Source: an uncultured Planctomycetota bacterium (GTDB taxonomy: Bacteria; Planctomycetota; Planctomycetia; Gemmatales; Gemmataceae). Taken from it: a stretch of 64,000 bases of DNA. Position 1 is the first letter of the stretch, and the number at the start of each line of letters is the position of its first letter. Below the pieces are notes generated by a model. That model was not told where the DNA came from. It searched no databases and saw nothing but the letters and a program-made list of their open reading frames with translations. Positions 54,379 to 64,000 of the stretch are shown here, piece after piece. The position numbers were made by a program, and so were the translations under genes. Where the stretch lies: assembly GCA_963849325.1 (NCBI GenBank), contig CAWKHF010000004.1, forward strand, positions 160,001 to 224,000, read 5' to 3'.

Positions 54379-57300
54379 ATGGATGCCTCGGACCCCCTTG
54401 CCTTGTTCCTGCCGCCCGTGCAGCGCTGGTTTCGTGCGATGCTCGGCGAGCCGACGGCGCCACAGCGTCTCGGCTGGCCCGCCATCGCCGCCGGGCAGAA
54501 CACGCTCATCCTCGCTCCGACCGGCTCCGGCAAGACGTTGGCCGCCTTCCTCGCCTGCCTCGACGCCCTGTGGCGGCAGCCGGATTTGCCGCGCGGCGTT
54601 CGCGTCCTGTACATCTCGCCGCTGAAGGCGCTCAACAACGACATCCATCGCAACCTGCAACTGCCCCTCGAAGGCGTTGCGCAAGCAGCGAATGACATGG
54701 GCATGTCCCTGCCGGCGCTGGAGGCGGCGGTTCGCACCGGCGATACGCCGGCGGCGGAGCGACAGCGCCTCATTCGCCGCCCGCCGCACGTCCTCATCAC
54801 CACGCCCGAATCGCTGCACTTGCTGCTGACCTCGCGCGGCCGGGAAACGCTGCGCGGCATCACGCACTGCATCGTCGATGAAATCCATGCCCTGTGCAGC
54901 AACAAGCGCGGCGTCTTCCTCGCCCTCTTGCTGGAACGCCTGCAAGCGCTTCAGTCGAAGGAGTTCGTCCGCATCGGCCTGTCGGCGACGCAGCGGCCAT
55001 TGGAGGAAGTGGCGCGCTACCTCGGCGGCAGCGCGCCGGACGCCGAAGGCAACTGGCGGCCGCGGCCAGTGACGATCGTTGACGCCGGGTTGCGCAAAGA
55101 ACTCGACCTGCGCGTCGTCAGTCCTGTCGAGCAATTCGGGCCGCTGTCGGAAGGGTCGGTCTGGCCGTCCATCTATCGGCTCCTGGGTGACGAGGTTCGC
55201 CAGCATCGTTCGACCATCGTATTCGCTAACAATCGCCGCGCCGTCGAGCGCATCACGGCCTGTCTCAACGAGGAAGAGGAGATCGCTCGCGCTCATCACG
55301 GCAGCGTCGCGCTGGAGGTGCGGCAGCAGATCGAGGCGGCGCTGAAGGAGGGCCGTTTGCCGGCGGTGGTGGCGACTGCCTCGCTGGAGCTGGGCATCGA
55401 CATGGGCGCCGTCGAGCTGGTTTGCCAGGTCGAATCGCCCGGCAACGTCGCCCGCGCCTTGCAGCGCGTCGGCCGGGCCGGCCACCTGGTCGGCCACAAA
55501 AGCAAGGGTCGTCTCATTCCCAAGACGCCCGGCGACCTGCTCGAACAGGCCGTACTGGCCCGCGAGATGGCGGCCGGTCGCGTCGAAGACATCCGCGTGC
55601 CCATCAACTGCCTCGACGTGCTCGCCCAGCAACTCGTCGCCTGCGCTGCCGTGGACGATTGGGACGTGCCGGAGTTGTACGCCCTGGTTCGCCGCGCCTA
55701 TCCCTACCGCGACCTGTCGCCGCACGCCTTCGAGACCACGCTGGAAATGATTGGCGGACGATACCGCTTTGTTGACAATAAAGATCAAATAAATCACAAG
55801 AGGAGCGCACCACTTGCCGCGCTCCAGCCGCGCGTCAGCTGGGACCGCGTTCACAATCGCTTGCTCGCCCTGCCCGGCAGCCGGCACATGGCCCTGGTCA
55901 ACGGCGGGACGATACCGGACACGGGACAATACGCGGCGTTTGCCAGCAACGGGACGCGGATCGGCGAACTCGATGAGGAGTTCATCTACGAGCGGCGCGT
56001 CGGCGATACCTTCCTGCTGGGCACGAACGCCTGGAGACTGGAACGCATCGAGGCGGATCGCGTGTTCGTGTCGCCGGCGGAAGGGGCGCCGGCGATGGCC
56101 CCCTTCTGGAAGGGCGAGAATACCGGCCGCAGTTACGACCTCGGCCGGGCCATCGGTGTCTTTCTCCGCGAACTGGCTGGCCGACTCGACCAGCCGGGTT
56201 GTCTCGACTGGCTGGAACACGAGTTCTTCCTGGACCGAAAAGCGGCCCGTAATCTCCGCTATCACGTCGAGCGACAACTGCGGGTGACGGGCTGCTTACC
56301 CACGGATCGCACCCTCGTCGTCGAGGCGTCGCGCGATCAGCTCGGCGACTGGCAAGTCATCCTGCTCAGCCCGCTGGGCAATCGACTGCACCTCTCGCTG
56401 CGCCTGGCGCTGGAGGGCCGGTTGCGGCAGCGGCTCGGTTATCAGCCGCAATGCCTGCACCACGCCAACGGTGTCCTCGTCCGCCTGACCGACACGGATG
56501 AACCCGTCCTCGACCTGTTCGCCGGCCTGACGCCGGAGAACGTGGAGGGGTTGATCCTCGATGAACTGGCCGACAGTGCCCTGTTCGCCCTGCGTTTCCG
56601 GCAAAACGCAGCGCGGTCGCTGCTGTTGCCGCGCGGCCAGCCGGGACGGCGAGCGCCGCTGTGGCTGCAACGACTGCGCGGCCGCGATCTGCTGCAGGTC
56701 GCTCGCCAACATCCCGACTTCCCCGTGATCGTCGAGACGTTCCGCGAGTGTTTGCACGACCATCTCGACGTGCCGCGTTTGCAGGAATTGCTCGCCGACG
56801 TCCAGGCCGGCCGCGTCGAGGTGGTGACGCGCCGTGCCGAGACGCCGTCGCCCTTCGCGGCCGGGCTGATGTTCTCGTTCACGGCCGCATTCATGTACCA
56901 GCAGGACGGCGTCGAGGCGAACGACGATCGCTCGCGGGCGCTGGATCGACAGTTGCTCGAACAATTGGTCGCGCCCGAGCGGCAGGGGCATTTGCTCGAC
57001 CCGCGCGGTGCAGCAAGTGGAGCGCCGCTTGCGCGGCGTCGGCCGGCCGCCGCGCTCGACGGCGGAGATGGCCGAGTGGCTGCGCCGCCTCGGCGACCTG
57101 ACGCCGGAGGAGTTGGAAGGGCCGATGGCCGCCTTCCTGGAGCAGCTGCAAGCCGAGGGCCGCGCCTGCCGCCTGGAGTTGCCGAGAACGCGAGGCCAGC
57201 GCAGCTCGCCGCTACGCTGGGTGGCCGAGGAGGACGTAGAGCAATATCGATGGGCGTTCGGACTGGACGGCGCCGCGGGCACGGAAGAGAGGCAGGCGGC

Positions 57301-58817
57301 GGGAGCGGCGATCCTGGCGCGGTTTCTGGCCACGCACGCCCTGGTCGGTTTGTCCGACGTGCTGGCGCGGTATCCGTTCGAGCCGGACTGGGCGCGGCGG
57401 CAGATGGAGGAATGGACGCGAGCCGGCCGCGTCGTCGCCGTGTCCGCTCCGGACAGTGAGACGGTGCAGTGGTCCGACCCGGCCAACCTGGAGCAGGTAC
57501 AGCGCGGCAGCCTGGGCATCCTGCGCCGCGAGGTCGTCACCTGTTCGCCGCCGCAGTTCGCTGATTTCCTGCTGCGCTGGCAGTGCCTGCATCCCGAGGC
57601 GCGGCGCGGCGAAGGCGATGGTTTGGCGGACGTGCTGGGTCGTCTGCAAGGTTTGGCCCTCGACGCCGAGTTGTGGGAACGGACGGTCCTGCCGGCCCGC
57701 GTGCCGGGATACCAGCCGCGCTGGCTGGACGAATGGATTGCCGGCGGCGCCGGAGTGTGGGTCTGTCAGGGTGAGCCGGCGGAGGACGGCGAGGCGGGTC
57801 GCATCGCCTTTCTTGGCCGGGAAACGCTGCGGCAACTGCCCGCGCCCGTCTCCCCCGAAGGGACGGCACTCGGCGAGGATGCCGGCCGCGTACTGGACCA
57901 TCTGCGCGGCCGCGGCGCATCGTTCCTCACCGATCTCGCCGCGGACCTCGGCATGTCTCCCGGCGCCGCGCGAACGCCCTCGGCGGACTGACACGGCACG
58001 GCCTGGTGACGAACGACCACTACGATGTCATCCGATCAGGGGGCGAACGGCCGGCGTTAGCCGGCTGGTACAGATCCCACCAGCCGGCTAACGCCGGCCG
58101 TTCGCCCTCAATCGCGCGGCGAGCGCCGCAGCGGCCAGAAGGCCGCTGGTCCGTCGTGGCGTGGGGGCGTCCCGAACCCGAGGCGCACGCCGTCGCGCAG
58201 GCGGCGCTGCTGCTGGAGCGCTACGGGATCGTGGCCCGCGAGTTAGCCCTGATTGATCCCTGGCTGCTGCCGTGGCGCATCCTCTACGAAGTCCTCAGCC
58301 GCATGGAGCTGGCGGGCGAGGTGCGACGCGGTTACTTTGTCGAGGGACTCTCCGGCGCCCAGTTCGCCCTGCCCGAAGCGGCCCGGCAGCTGCAAGAACT
58401 GCACCTGCCCTCGACCGCGACGTCCCCGGCGCTGCTGCTGCACAGCATGGACCCGGCCAACCTGTACGGCTCGGGTGCTCCCTTCGACATTCCCTTACTC
58501 GATGGCGGCACCCGCCCGCTGCTGCGCCGCCCCGGCAACTGGCTCGTCCTCCGCGCCGGCCGGCCGGTACTGCTGATCGAGCAGCACGGCAAACGGCTGA
58601 CCGCACTGGCCAGCGCCAGCCGCGACGACGTCGCCGCCGCCGTCGCCTGTCTGCCGGGCATCTTCGACGGCTCGCGCGGTTCGGCGCGCGCCACAAGTTG
58701 ACCGTGGAGGAGTGGAACGGACAGCCCATCACGTCGTCGGAGGGCCGCGCCCTGCTGGAGACGGCCGGCTTCGTCCGCGATTACCAGGCCATGACGCTGT
58801 ACGCCGTCTGGCGTTAG
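54379..58817 (+). CDS. lhr: Long-form Lhr DEAD/H helicase with C-terminal winged-helix/glycosylase-like region; frameshifts near 57008, 57975 and 58685
   Basis: APTGSGKT, YISPLKAL, TTPESL, DEIH, LSAT, SLELGIDMG, QRVGRAGH, GGTIPD, C-terminal RRGYFVEGLSGAQFA and DPANLYG. Confidence 0.92.
58041..58107. repeat. Family C-like palindrome inside the lhr coding sequence
   Basis: Perfect 29-bp IR GGGCGAACGGCCGGCGTTAGCCGGCTGGT with a 9-nt loop. Confidence 0.85.
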
Positions 58818-58834
58818 AGGGCGGAGGGACTGCC

Positions 58835-59590
58835 GTGTCCGTAAATCCCGAATGGCAGCCGGCCGCGCGGCCGCCCCAACTCGCCGCCGAGGACGTACAC
58901 GTCTGGCGCATCGTCCTGGAGTGCGGCGACGCGGCGCTGGCCCGGCTGGACGCGAGCCTGGCGGACGACGAACGGCGGCGGGCCGAGCGCTTCCACTTCG
59001 AGAAAGACCGCCGTCATTTCATCGCCGGCCGCGGCGCCTTGCGGACCCTCCTCGCGGGCTATCTCCACCAACGCCCCGACCAGGTGCGGTTTGCCTACAC
59101 CAACTACGGCAAACCTCTGCTGGCCGACGACACCATCCCTCCTCTACGTTTCAACCTCAGTCATGCGCACGGGTTGGGCCTCCTGGCGGTAACGCTCGGC
59201 CGGGAGATCGGCGTCGATGTCGAACGTATCCGCGACGATCTCGACCGGGAACCGCTGGCCGAGCGTTTCTTTTCGCCGCGCGAGGTGGCCGACCTGAAGG
59301 CGCTGCCGCCCGAACTGCGACGCGAAGCCTTTTATCAGTGCTGGACGCGCAAGGAAGCCTACATCAAGGCCGTCGGCAAGGGCTTGTCGCTGCCCCTGGA
59401 TCGCTTCGACGTGAGCCTGCGTCCGGGAGAACCGGCGGCACTGCTGGCCACGCTCGACCATCCGCACGAAGCGCGGCGCTGGTCGATGCGCAGCTCTGCG
59501 CCCGGCGAGGGATTCGTGGGGGCGCGAGTCGTCCAGGGGCATCCCTGGCGCTTATGGTGCGGTCACTGGGTAGCGGACGAAGACCAGTAA
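58835..59590 (+). CDS. Sfp-type 4'-phosphopantetheinyl transferase
   Basis: YGKP, FNLSH, IGVDVE, WTRKEAYIKAVGKG. Confidence 0.93.
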   Translation: MSVNPEWQPAARPPQLAAEDVHVWRIVLECGDAALARLDASLADDERRRAERFHFEKDRRHFIAGRGALRTLLAGYLHQRPDQVRFAYTNYGKPLLADDTIPPLRFNLSHAHGLGLLAVTLGREIGVDVERIRDDLDREPLAERFFSPREVADLKALPPELRREAFYQCWTRKEAYIKAVGKGLSLPLDRFDVSLRPGEPAALLATLDHPHEARRWSMRSSAPGEGFVGARVVQGHPWRLWCGHWVADEDQ

Positions 59591-59606
59591 ACGCAGAGAG
59601 CAACCA

Positions 59607-60446
59607 TCAAGGCATGGCCAGCAGGGCGTCCCAGGTAGTCACATCCAGCACCCGCTCGATCAGACTTTCCAGTCGATCGAGGTCCATAATGGCTTCGAGG
59701 GTCGAGACGACCGCTGGCGGGGGCGATCCGAAGCGTTTTCGACCCAAACAAAGCAAGTTCTTCCGAGCCTCCGCCACGGCCCCTTCCGCCAGTATGAGTT
59801 GATAAGCCGAAGACTCGCGCATGAGCCGTACTCCTTGGAACAACGAGGTTATCGTTTCGAGAGGCAAACGCAGACCCGTCAACACGTAAGCGGCTGTCCA
59901 CAGTAGGGCTTCTTGCTCCGGATCGGCGTCTCGCGCCAGCCGTTGGCTCATCCGGCTGAGCACTGCGGGCAATCCCTCCTTCGGTACGTCGGCGAGCATG
60001 GCTATCGGTAGAATGCCCAGCCCACCACTCAAGATCGTCTCCACGGGGAGTTGCCAAGCCCGCACCACCTGGTAATGAAATTCCAGGTACGGCGGCTCGC
60101 CAGGGAAAGCATCCCGATAGATGCCACTGTATCGGGGCGAGTCGGCTTCGGGCCGCAGCAGCAGAAGGACCGTACGCACGCGCAATCGGTGCCGGTGCCG
60201 CAAAAGGGTATTATACCATTGCAGCTGCTCGCCGGGGTCGGTGCGCGGGCTGCTCTGTAACTCCAGGTGCAACAACCAGGGATCGTCCGACGCGATCCGA
60301 ATGACCTTGTTGGCATCGGCGCTCACCGTGGAGACATCGGCGTCGATGACATCCACCGCCGCGGTAGAAATACCGAGCAAGGCCAACCAGTCGGCCGGAT
60401 AGCTGGCGATCAGGTCCTTCAGCGAAGCATCATAGGGTTTGGACAT
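59607..60446 (-). CDS. Rpn-family (recombination-promoting nuclease / YhgA-like) protein with DUF4351-like C-terminus
   Basis: [44 protein letters not shown]. Confidence 0.8.
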   Translation of the reverse strand: MSKPYDASLKDLIASYPADWLALLGISTAAVDVIDADVSTVSADANKVIRIASDDPWLLHLELQSSPRTDPGEQLQWYNTLLRHRHRLRVRTVLLLLRPEADSPRYSGIYRDAFPGEPPYLEFHYQVVRAWQLPVETILSGGLGILPIAMLADVPKEGLPAVLSRMSQRLARDADPEQEALLWTAAYVLTGLRLPLETITSLFQGVRLMRESSAYQLILAEGAVAEARKNLLCLGRKRFGSPPPAVVSTLEAIMDLDRLESLIERVLDVTTWDALLAMP

Positions 60447-60641
60447 GCGAAGGTGCCTTTCGCGTTCTCCGAACCGGCGTTCCGGGCCATTGTAGGGACG
60501 ATCCGTGAAAAACGGGCGGTCGGCGGCACCGGGCCGCAACATACCCCATACTTGAGCGCGAGACGATCGCGCGATGGTCTGCCGTTCACCGTGCGCGGAG
60601 ACCGACTATCGGCGCGGAGCGTTTCGAGAAGAGGGGATGTG

Positions 60642-61365
60642 ATGGCGGGGCCGAACGATACCGCGGTGGACAATACCCCCCTGGATGGGCCGGACTGGGG
60701 CGAAGACCTGTTCGACAACACGCTCGAATTCGCGGACAATCCCGAGCCGCGTTGTCCCTGTGTGCTGGTCCTGGACACCTCGCAGTCCATGGCTGGCGAA
60801 CCGATCGCCGCCCTGAACCGTGGGCTGAACGTCTTCCGGCAGGAATTGCTGGCGGTGCCGCTGGCGCAAGCGCGTCGAAATCGCCGTCCTCTCCTTCGGA
60901 CAGGACGTCGAGATCGTCCAGGATTTCGTCACGGCCGATCGCTTCCAGCCTCCTCTGTTGCGGGCGGAGGGCGAGACCCCGCTGTGTACCGCCATCCTGA
61001 GGGCGCTGGACCTCGTGGAGAAACGCAAGGAGCGCTACCGGGCCAACGGCGTACCGTACTCGCGGCCGTGGGTGTTCCTTCTCACCGACGGTATGCCGCA
61101 GGGCGAATCGCTGGAGACGACACGGCAGGCGGTGCAGCGAGTGCGCGCGGCGGAGGCGGAGCGACAGGCCGCCTTCTATGCCGTCGGCGTCGAGGGGGCG
61201 AACATGAAGCTGTTGGCGCGGATCGCGGTTCGACCGCCCCTGAAGCTGGACGGCCTGCGCTTCACCGAGTTGTTCGCCTGGCTGTCGGCGAGCACCGCCC
61301 GCGTCGCCACGACCTCGGCCGGCGAACCGGCCGAACTGCCGCCCATCGAGTGGGGAACGACCTGA
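60642..61365 (+). CDS. terY: TerY-like vWA domain protein; frameshift near 60868
   Basis: [22 protein letters not shown] (MIDAS), [23 protein letters not shown]. Confidence 0.85.
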
Positions 61366-61396
61366 GAGCGTCATTCGACCCGCGGAGGGCCGCCGG

Positions 61397-63094
61397 ATGG
61401 AACAGAAGCAAACGTGCCCCGAGTGCCATCTGACCTTCGAGGCGCCGCCGACGGAGGCGGGGGTGCTGGTCTGCCCCCTGTGCGATACCGTATTCTCGAC
61501 GCCACCGCCGGTCGTGGCCGACGCGCCGGCGCCTCCACCCGCGGCACTGGTCCTTTCGGCACGGCACGTGCTCAAGGGGTGCCTGGCCGTCGCCGGCCTT
61601 CTCTTCGTCGTCGGCGGTCTCGTGTATGCCTATCGCCTGGTGACGAACCTCGAACCGAAAGCGGCTCACGCGACAGCCGCCCCGACCGTCTCTCCAGCCG
61701 AGTCCGAACCGCCTTCGGTGATCGAAGTCCTCCCGACCACGCCGGAGCCTCCGCCTTCGCCGCCGCCGCCACCGCCGGTCGTCCTGGAGCCGAAACCGCA
61801 TCGCCTATCCGCCTCGGCAAAACCGCCTCCCCTGCCGGAAGTGTCGCGTCGGCCGTTGTCGCTGCCGGAGCGCGTCAATCGAGCCATCGACCGCGGCGTC
61901 GCCCATCTGCACAAGAATCGCAGCGGTCATAAGGAGTATCGCAATTATCTTGGATTGCTCGGCTTGACCTTCCTCGAGTGCGGTATCCCGGCCAAGGATC
62001 CGTTCGTGCAGCAAATCGCCGCCTGGCTGCGAACGCGAGAACGCGACCTCACCGGCACCTACGAGTTGTCGCTGGCCATCCTCTTCCTCGACCGCCTGAA
62101 TGATGCGCGCGACCGGGTGTTGATTCGCACGTTCGGACAACGTCTCCTGGCCGGCCAGATCGAAGGAGGCACCTGGAGCTATTCTTGCCTTGCGAATGAC
62201 AAACGCCGTCATCTCGCCGGTCGATCTCCCTCGGCCCCGCTCATACCGGAGCTGCCGCAAATCATCACCTGGAGGAACGCGACCCCGCTCCACAACCCGG
62301 CCGCGCGGCCGCGGTCGTTCGTCTATCGCGGCGACAACTCCAATACCCAGTTCGCCATCCTGGGTCTGTGGGTTGCCCAGCGGCACGGCGTCTCGGTTCG
62401 ATCCGCGCTCCTGGCCACGGAGCAATATTTCCGGCAGACGCAAGGCTCCGACGGCAGCTGGTCGTACCACACGCGCTTGCAGGCGTGCCGCGATTCCATG
62501 ACCTGTGCCGGGCTGATGAGCCTGGCGATGCGTTATGGCGTCATCAACGGGCAGGGCAGAGACATTCGACCCGATCGGCCGATGCCCGTGAATGACCGCG
62601 CCATCACGCAAGGGTTGCGCTTCCTCGGCCGATCGCTCGACGAGGTGGTCGTGATGGATGGGCGCATCCTGGGCGCGGAGGCCCGCGATCCACTCTATTA
62701 TCTGTGGTCGCTCGAACGCATGGCGATGATCTACGATTTGAAGAAGGTGGGCGACAAGGAGTGGTATCCGTGGGCGGCGGATCTGCTCGTGCAATCGCAG
62801 CAGAGGGACGGCAGCTGGCTCGCTCCCTACCCACCTCCCGTCGGCACCTGTTTCGCCTTGCTCGTCCTGAAACGCAGCAACCTCGCCCACGACCTGCAGC
62901 TGACCGTACAAGGACAGGCACCGTCCCGCGGCGCGGAACTCGGCGGGCCAACGATTCGCCAGGGTCCGGGCGCGACGCTGGGTCCGACCACGGCGCCGCG
63001 AGGTTCGGCGGACATGCCGGGCACCGCCGTACGCGGTGGGACGCTCCCCCCGCTGGGACCGACAACGACGCAGGGAATAGGGAAAAGGGAATAG
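61397..63094 (+). CDS. Zinc ribbon - TM - Pro-rich linker - prenyltransferase/squalene-cyclase (alpha/alpha toroid) repeat protein
   Basis: [59 protein letters not shown]. Confidence 0.8.
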   Translation: MEQKQTCPECHLTFEAPPTEAGVLVCPLCDTVFSTPPPVVADAPAPPPAALVLSARHVLKGCLAVAGLLFVVGGLVYAYRLVTNLEPKAAHATAAPTVSPAESEPPSVIEVLPTTPEPPPSPPPPPPVVLEPKPHRLSASAKPPPLPEVSRRPLSLPERVNRAIDRGVAHLHKNRSGHKEYRNYLGLLGLTFLECGIPAKDPFVQQIAAWLRTRERDLTGTYELSLAILFLDRLNDARDRVLIRTFGQRLLAGQIEGGTWSYSCLANDKRRHLAGRSPSAPLIPELPQIITWRNATPLHNPAARPRSFVYRGDNSNTQFAILGLWVAQRHGVSVRSALLATEQYFRQTQGSDGSWSYHTRLQACRDSMTCAGLMSLAMRYGVINGQGRDIRPDRPMPVNDRAITQGLRFLGRSLDEVVVMDGRILGAEARDPLYYLWSLERMAMIYDLKKVGDKEWYPWAADLLVQSQQRDGSWLAPYPPPVGTCFALLVLKRSNLAHDLQLTVQGQAPSRGAELGGPTIRQGPGATLGPTTAPRGSADMPGTAVRGGTLPPLGPTTTQGIGKRE

Positions 63095-63119
63095 GGAATA
63101 GGGAATAGGGAATAGGGAA
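63072..63119. repeat. Heptamer tandem repeat (AGGGAAT)~7
   Basis: Directly visible; contains the stop codon of the preceding gene. Confidence 0.9.
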
Positions 63120-63139
63120 GAGAACGTCCGGAGTTGTGG

Positions 63140-64000
63140 ATGCGCGTACGGCTGGAAGGACAGGCGCTGGAGCTGACGCTGGAAGGCCCGCTGCTGGGCC
63201 GCGGAGGGGAAGCCTCCATCTACGCGGTGCCCGGCCGGTCGGACCTGGCCGCCAAGATCTACCACAACCCCAGCGACGAGCACGCGGACAAGCTGGCCGC
63301 CCTGCTGTCCGCGCCGCCGGTCGCGCCGCCGGAGCGCGGGCAACACGTAACCATCGCCTGGCCCATCGGCCGACTGCTCGAGGCCGGCGACGACGGACGG
63401 ATGGTCGGCTACCTGATGCCGCGCATCGACAACGCCCGCCTGCTCTGGGAGGTCTACAATCCCGGTGTGCGCCGCGAACTGTTTCCGCACTTCCATCACG
63501 GTTCGCTGCTGCGGACGGCGCGCAACCTCGCCGCCGCCGTGCGCACGCTGCACGAGTGCGGCTACGTCGTCGGCGACCTCAACGAATCGAACGTGCTCGT
63601 CACGTCGCAGGCGCTCGTCACCCTGATCGACGTGGATTCGTTTCAGGCGCCCGGCCGCGATCGGCTGTACCGTTGCCGCGTCGGACGGTCGGAGTACACG
63701 CCGCCGGAATTGCAAGGCGCCTCGTTCGCCGACGTGGACCGCTCGCCGACGCACGACGCCTTCGCCCTGGCCGTGCTGATCTTCCAGCTGCTCCTGCAGG
63801 GCGTCCATCCGTTCGCCGGGACGGCCGTAGGCGGGGACGAGCCAGACTCGGTCCCGGCGCGCATCGCCGCCGGTTCCTGGCCCTATGCCTGGAGGCGAAC
63901 AACTTCCGTTCGGCCGAATCCGCACGTGCCGCCGTGGTTCGTGCTGCCGCCGTCCGTGCAGGAATTGCTGCGCCGCTGCTTCGAGGACGCTCACGCGGAG
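63140..64000 (+). CDS. TerY-P-type (YegI-like) protein kinase, 3' truncated by window
   Basis: Translated by hand (absent from ORF track): LGRGGEASIY, AAKIYH, YLMP, GDLNESN, IDVDSFQ, EYTPPELQG, DAFALAVLIFQLL, HPFAG. Confidence 0.88.
   Translation, partial: MRVRLEGQALELTLEGPLLGRGGEASIYAVPGRSDLAAKIYHNPSDEHADKLAALLSAPPVAPPERGQHVTIAWPIGRLLEAGDDGRMVGYLMPRIDNARLLWEVYNPGVRRELFPHFHHGSLLRTARNLAAAVRTLHECGYVVGDLNESNVLVTSQALVTLIDVDSFQAPGRDRLYRCRVGRSEYTPPELQGASFADVDRSPTHDAFALAVLIFQLLLQGVHPFAGTAVGGDEPDSVPARIAAGSWPYAWRRTTSVRPNPHVPPWFVLPPSVQELLRRCFEDAHAE

Noticed and set aside
58835-59590. Sfp PPTase as part of a PKS/NRPS cluster
   Set aside because: No carrier-protein or megasynthase genes adjacent; the KS pair is ~24 kb away

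Overview
GC-rich bacterial chromosomal window. Gene content and repeat families suggest Planctomycetota, probably Gemmataceae-like (inference). Many conserved genes carry 1-2 nt indels at homopolymers or CG runs, best explained as long-read consensus errors. Housekeeping and metabolic genes: NagB-like protein, two-component system, giant secretin, 2-oxoacid dehydrogenase E1a/E1b/E2, glgC, acnA, tsaE, FabF/CLF-like pair, tricorn protease, P450, nth, pepT, tRNA-Met, long Lhr helicase and an Sfp-type PPTase. Accessory parts: a putative Type II R-M pair, a ligase-less Pnkp, a tandem-duplicated Ser/Thr kinase, a C25-peptidase/7TM-transglutaminase/ATP-grasp operon, an Rpn gene with an intragenic start and a TerY-kinase locus in which a prenyltransferase-fold protein occupies the PP2C position. 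The most striking feature is a precisely bounded 2,000-bp IS903-like element (52281-54280; GGCTTTGA ends, 9-bp target duplication GTCTCAACG). It carries a SWIM-finger-fused transposase remnant, a divergent RHH gene, a hairpin-rich non-coding cargo and a 10-bp-phased array of DnaA-box-like motifs. Intergenic regions hold many palindromic repeat families, including two nested MITE-like composites with TNA target duplications; one palindrome lies in frame inside lhr. No database searches were run; all calls come from motif recognition.
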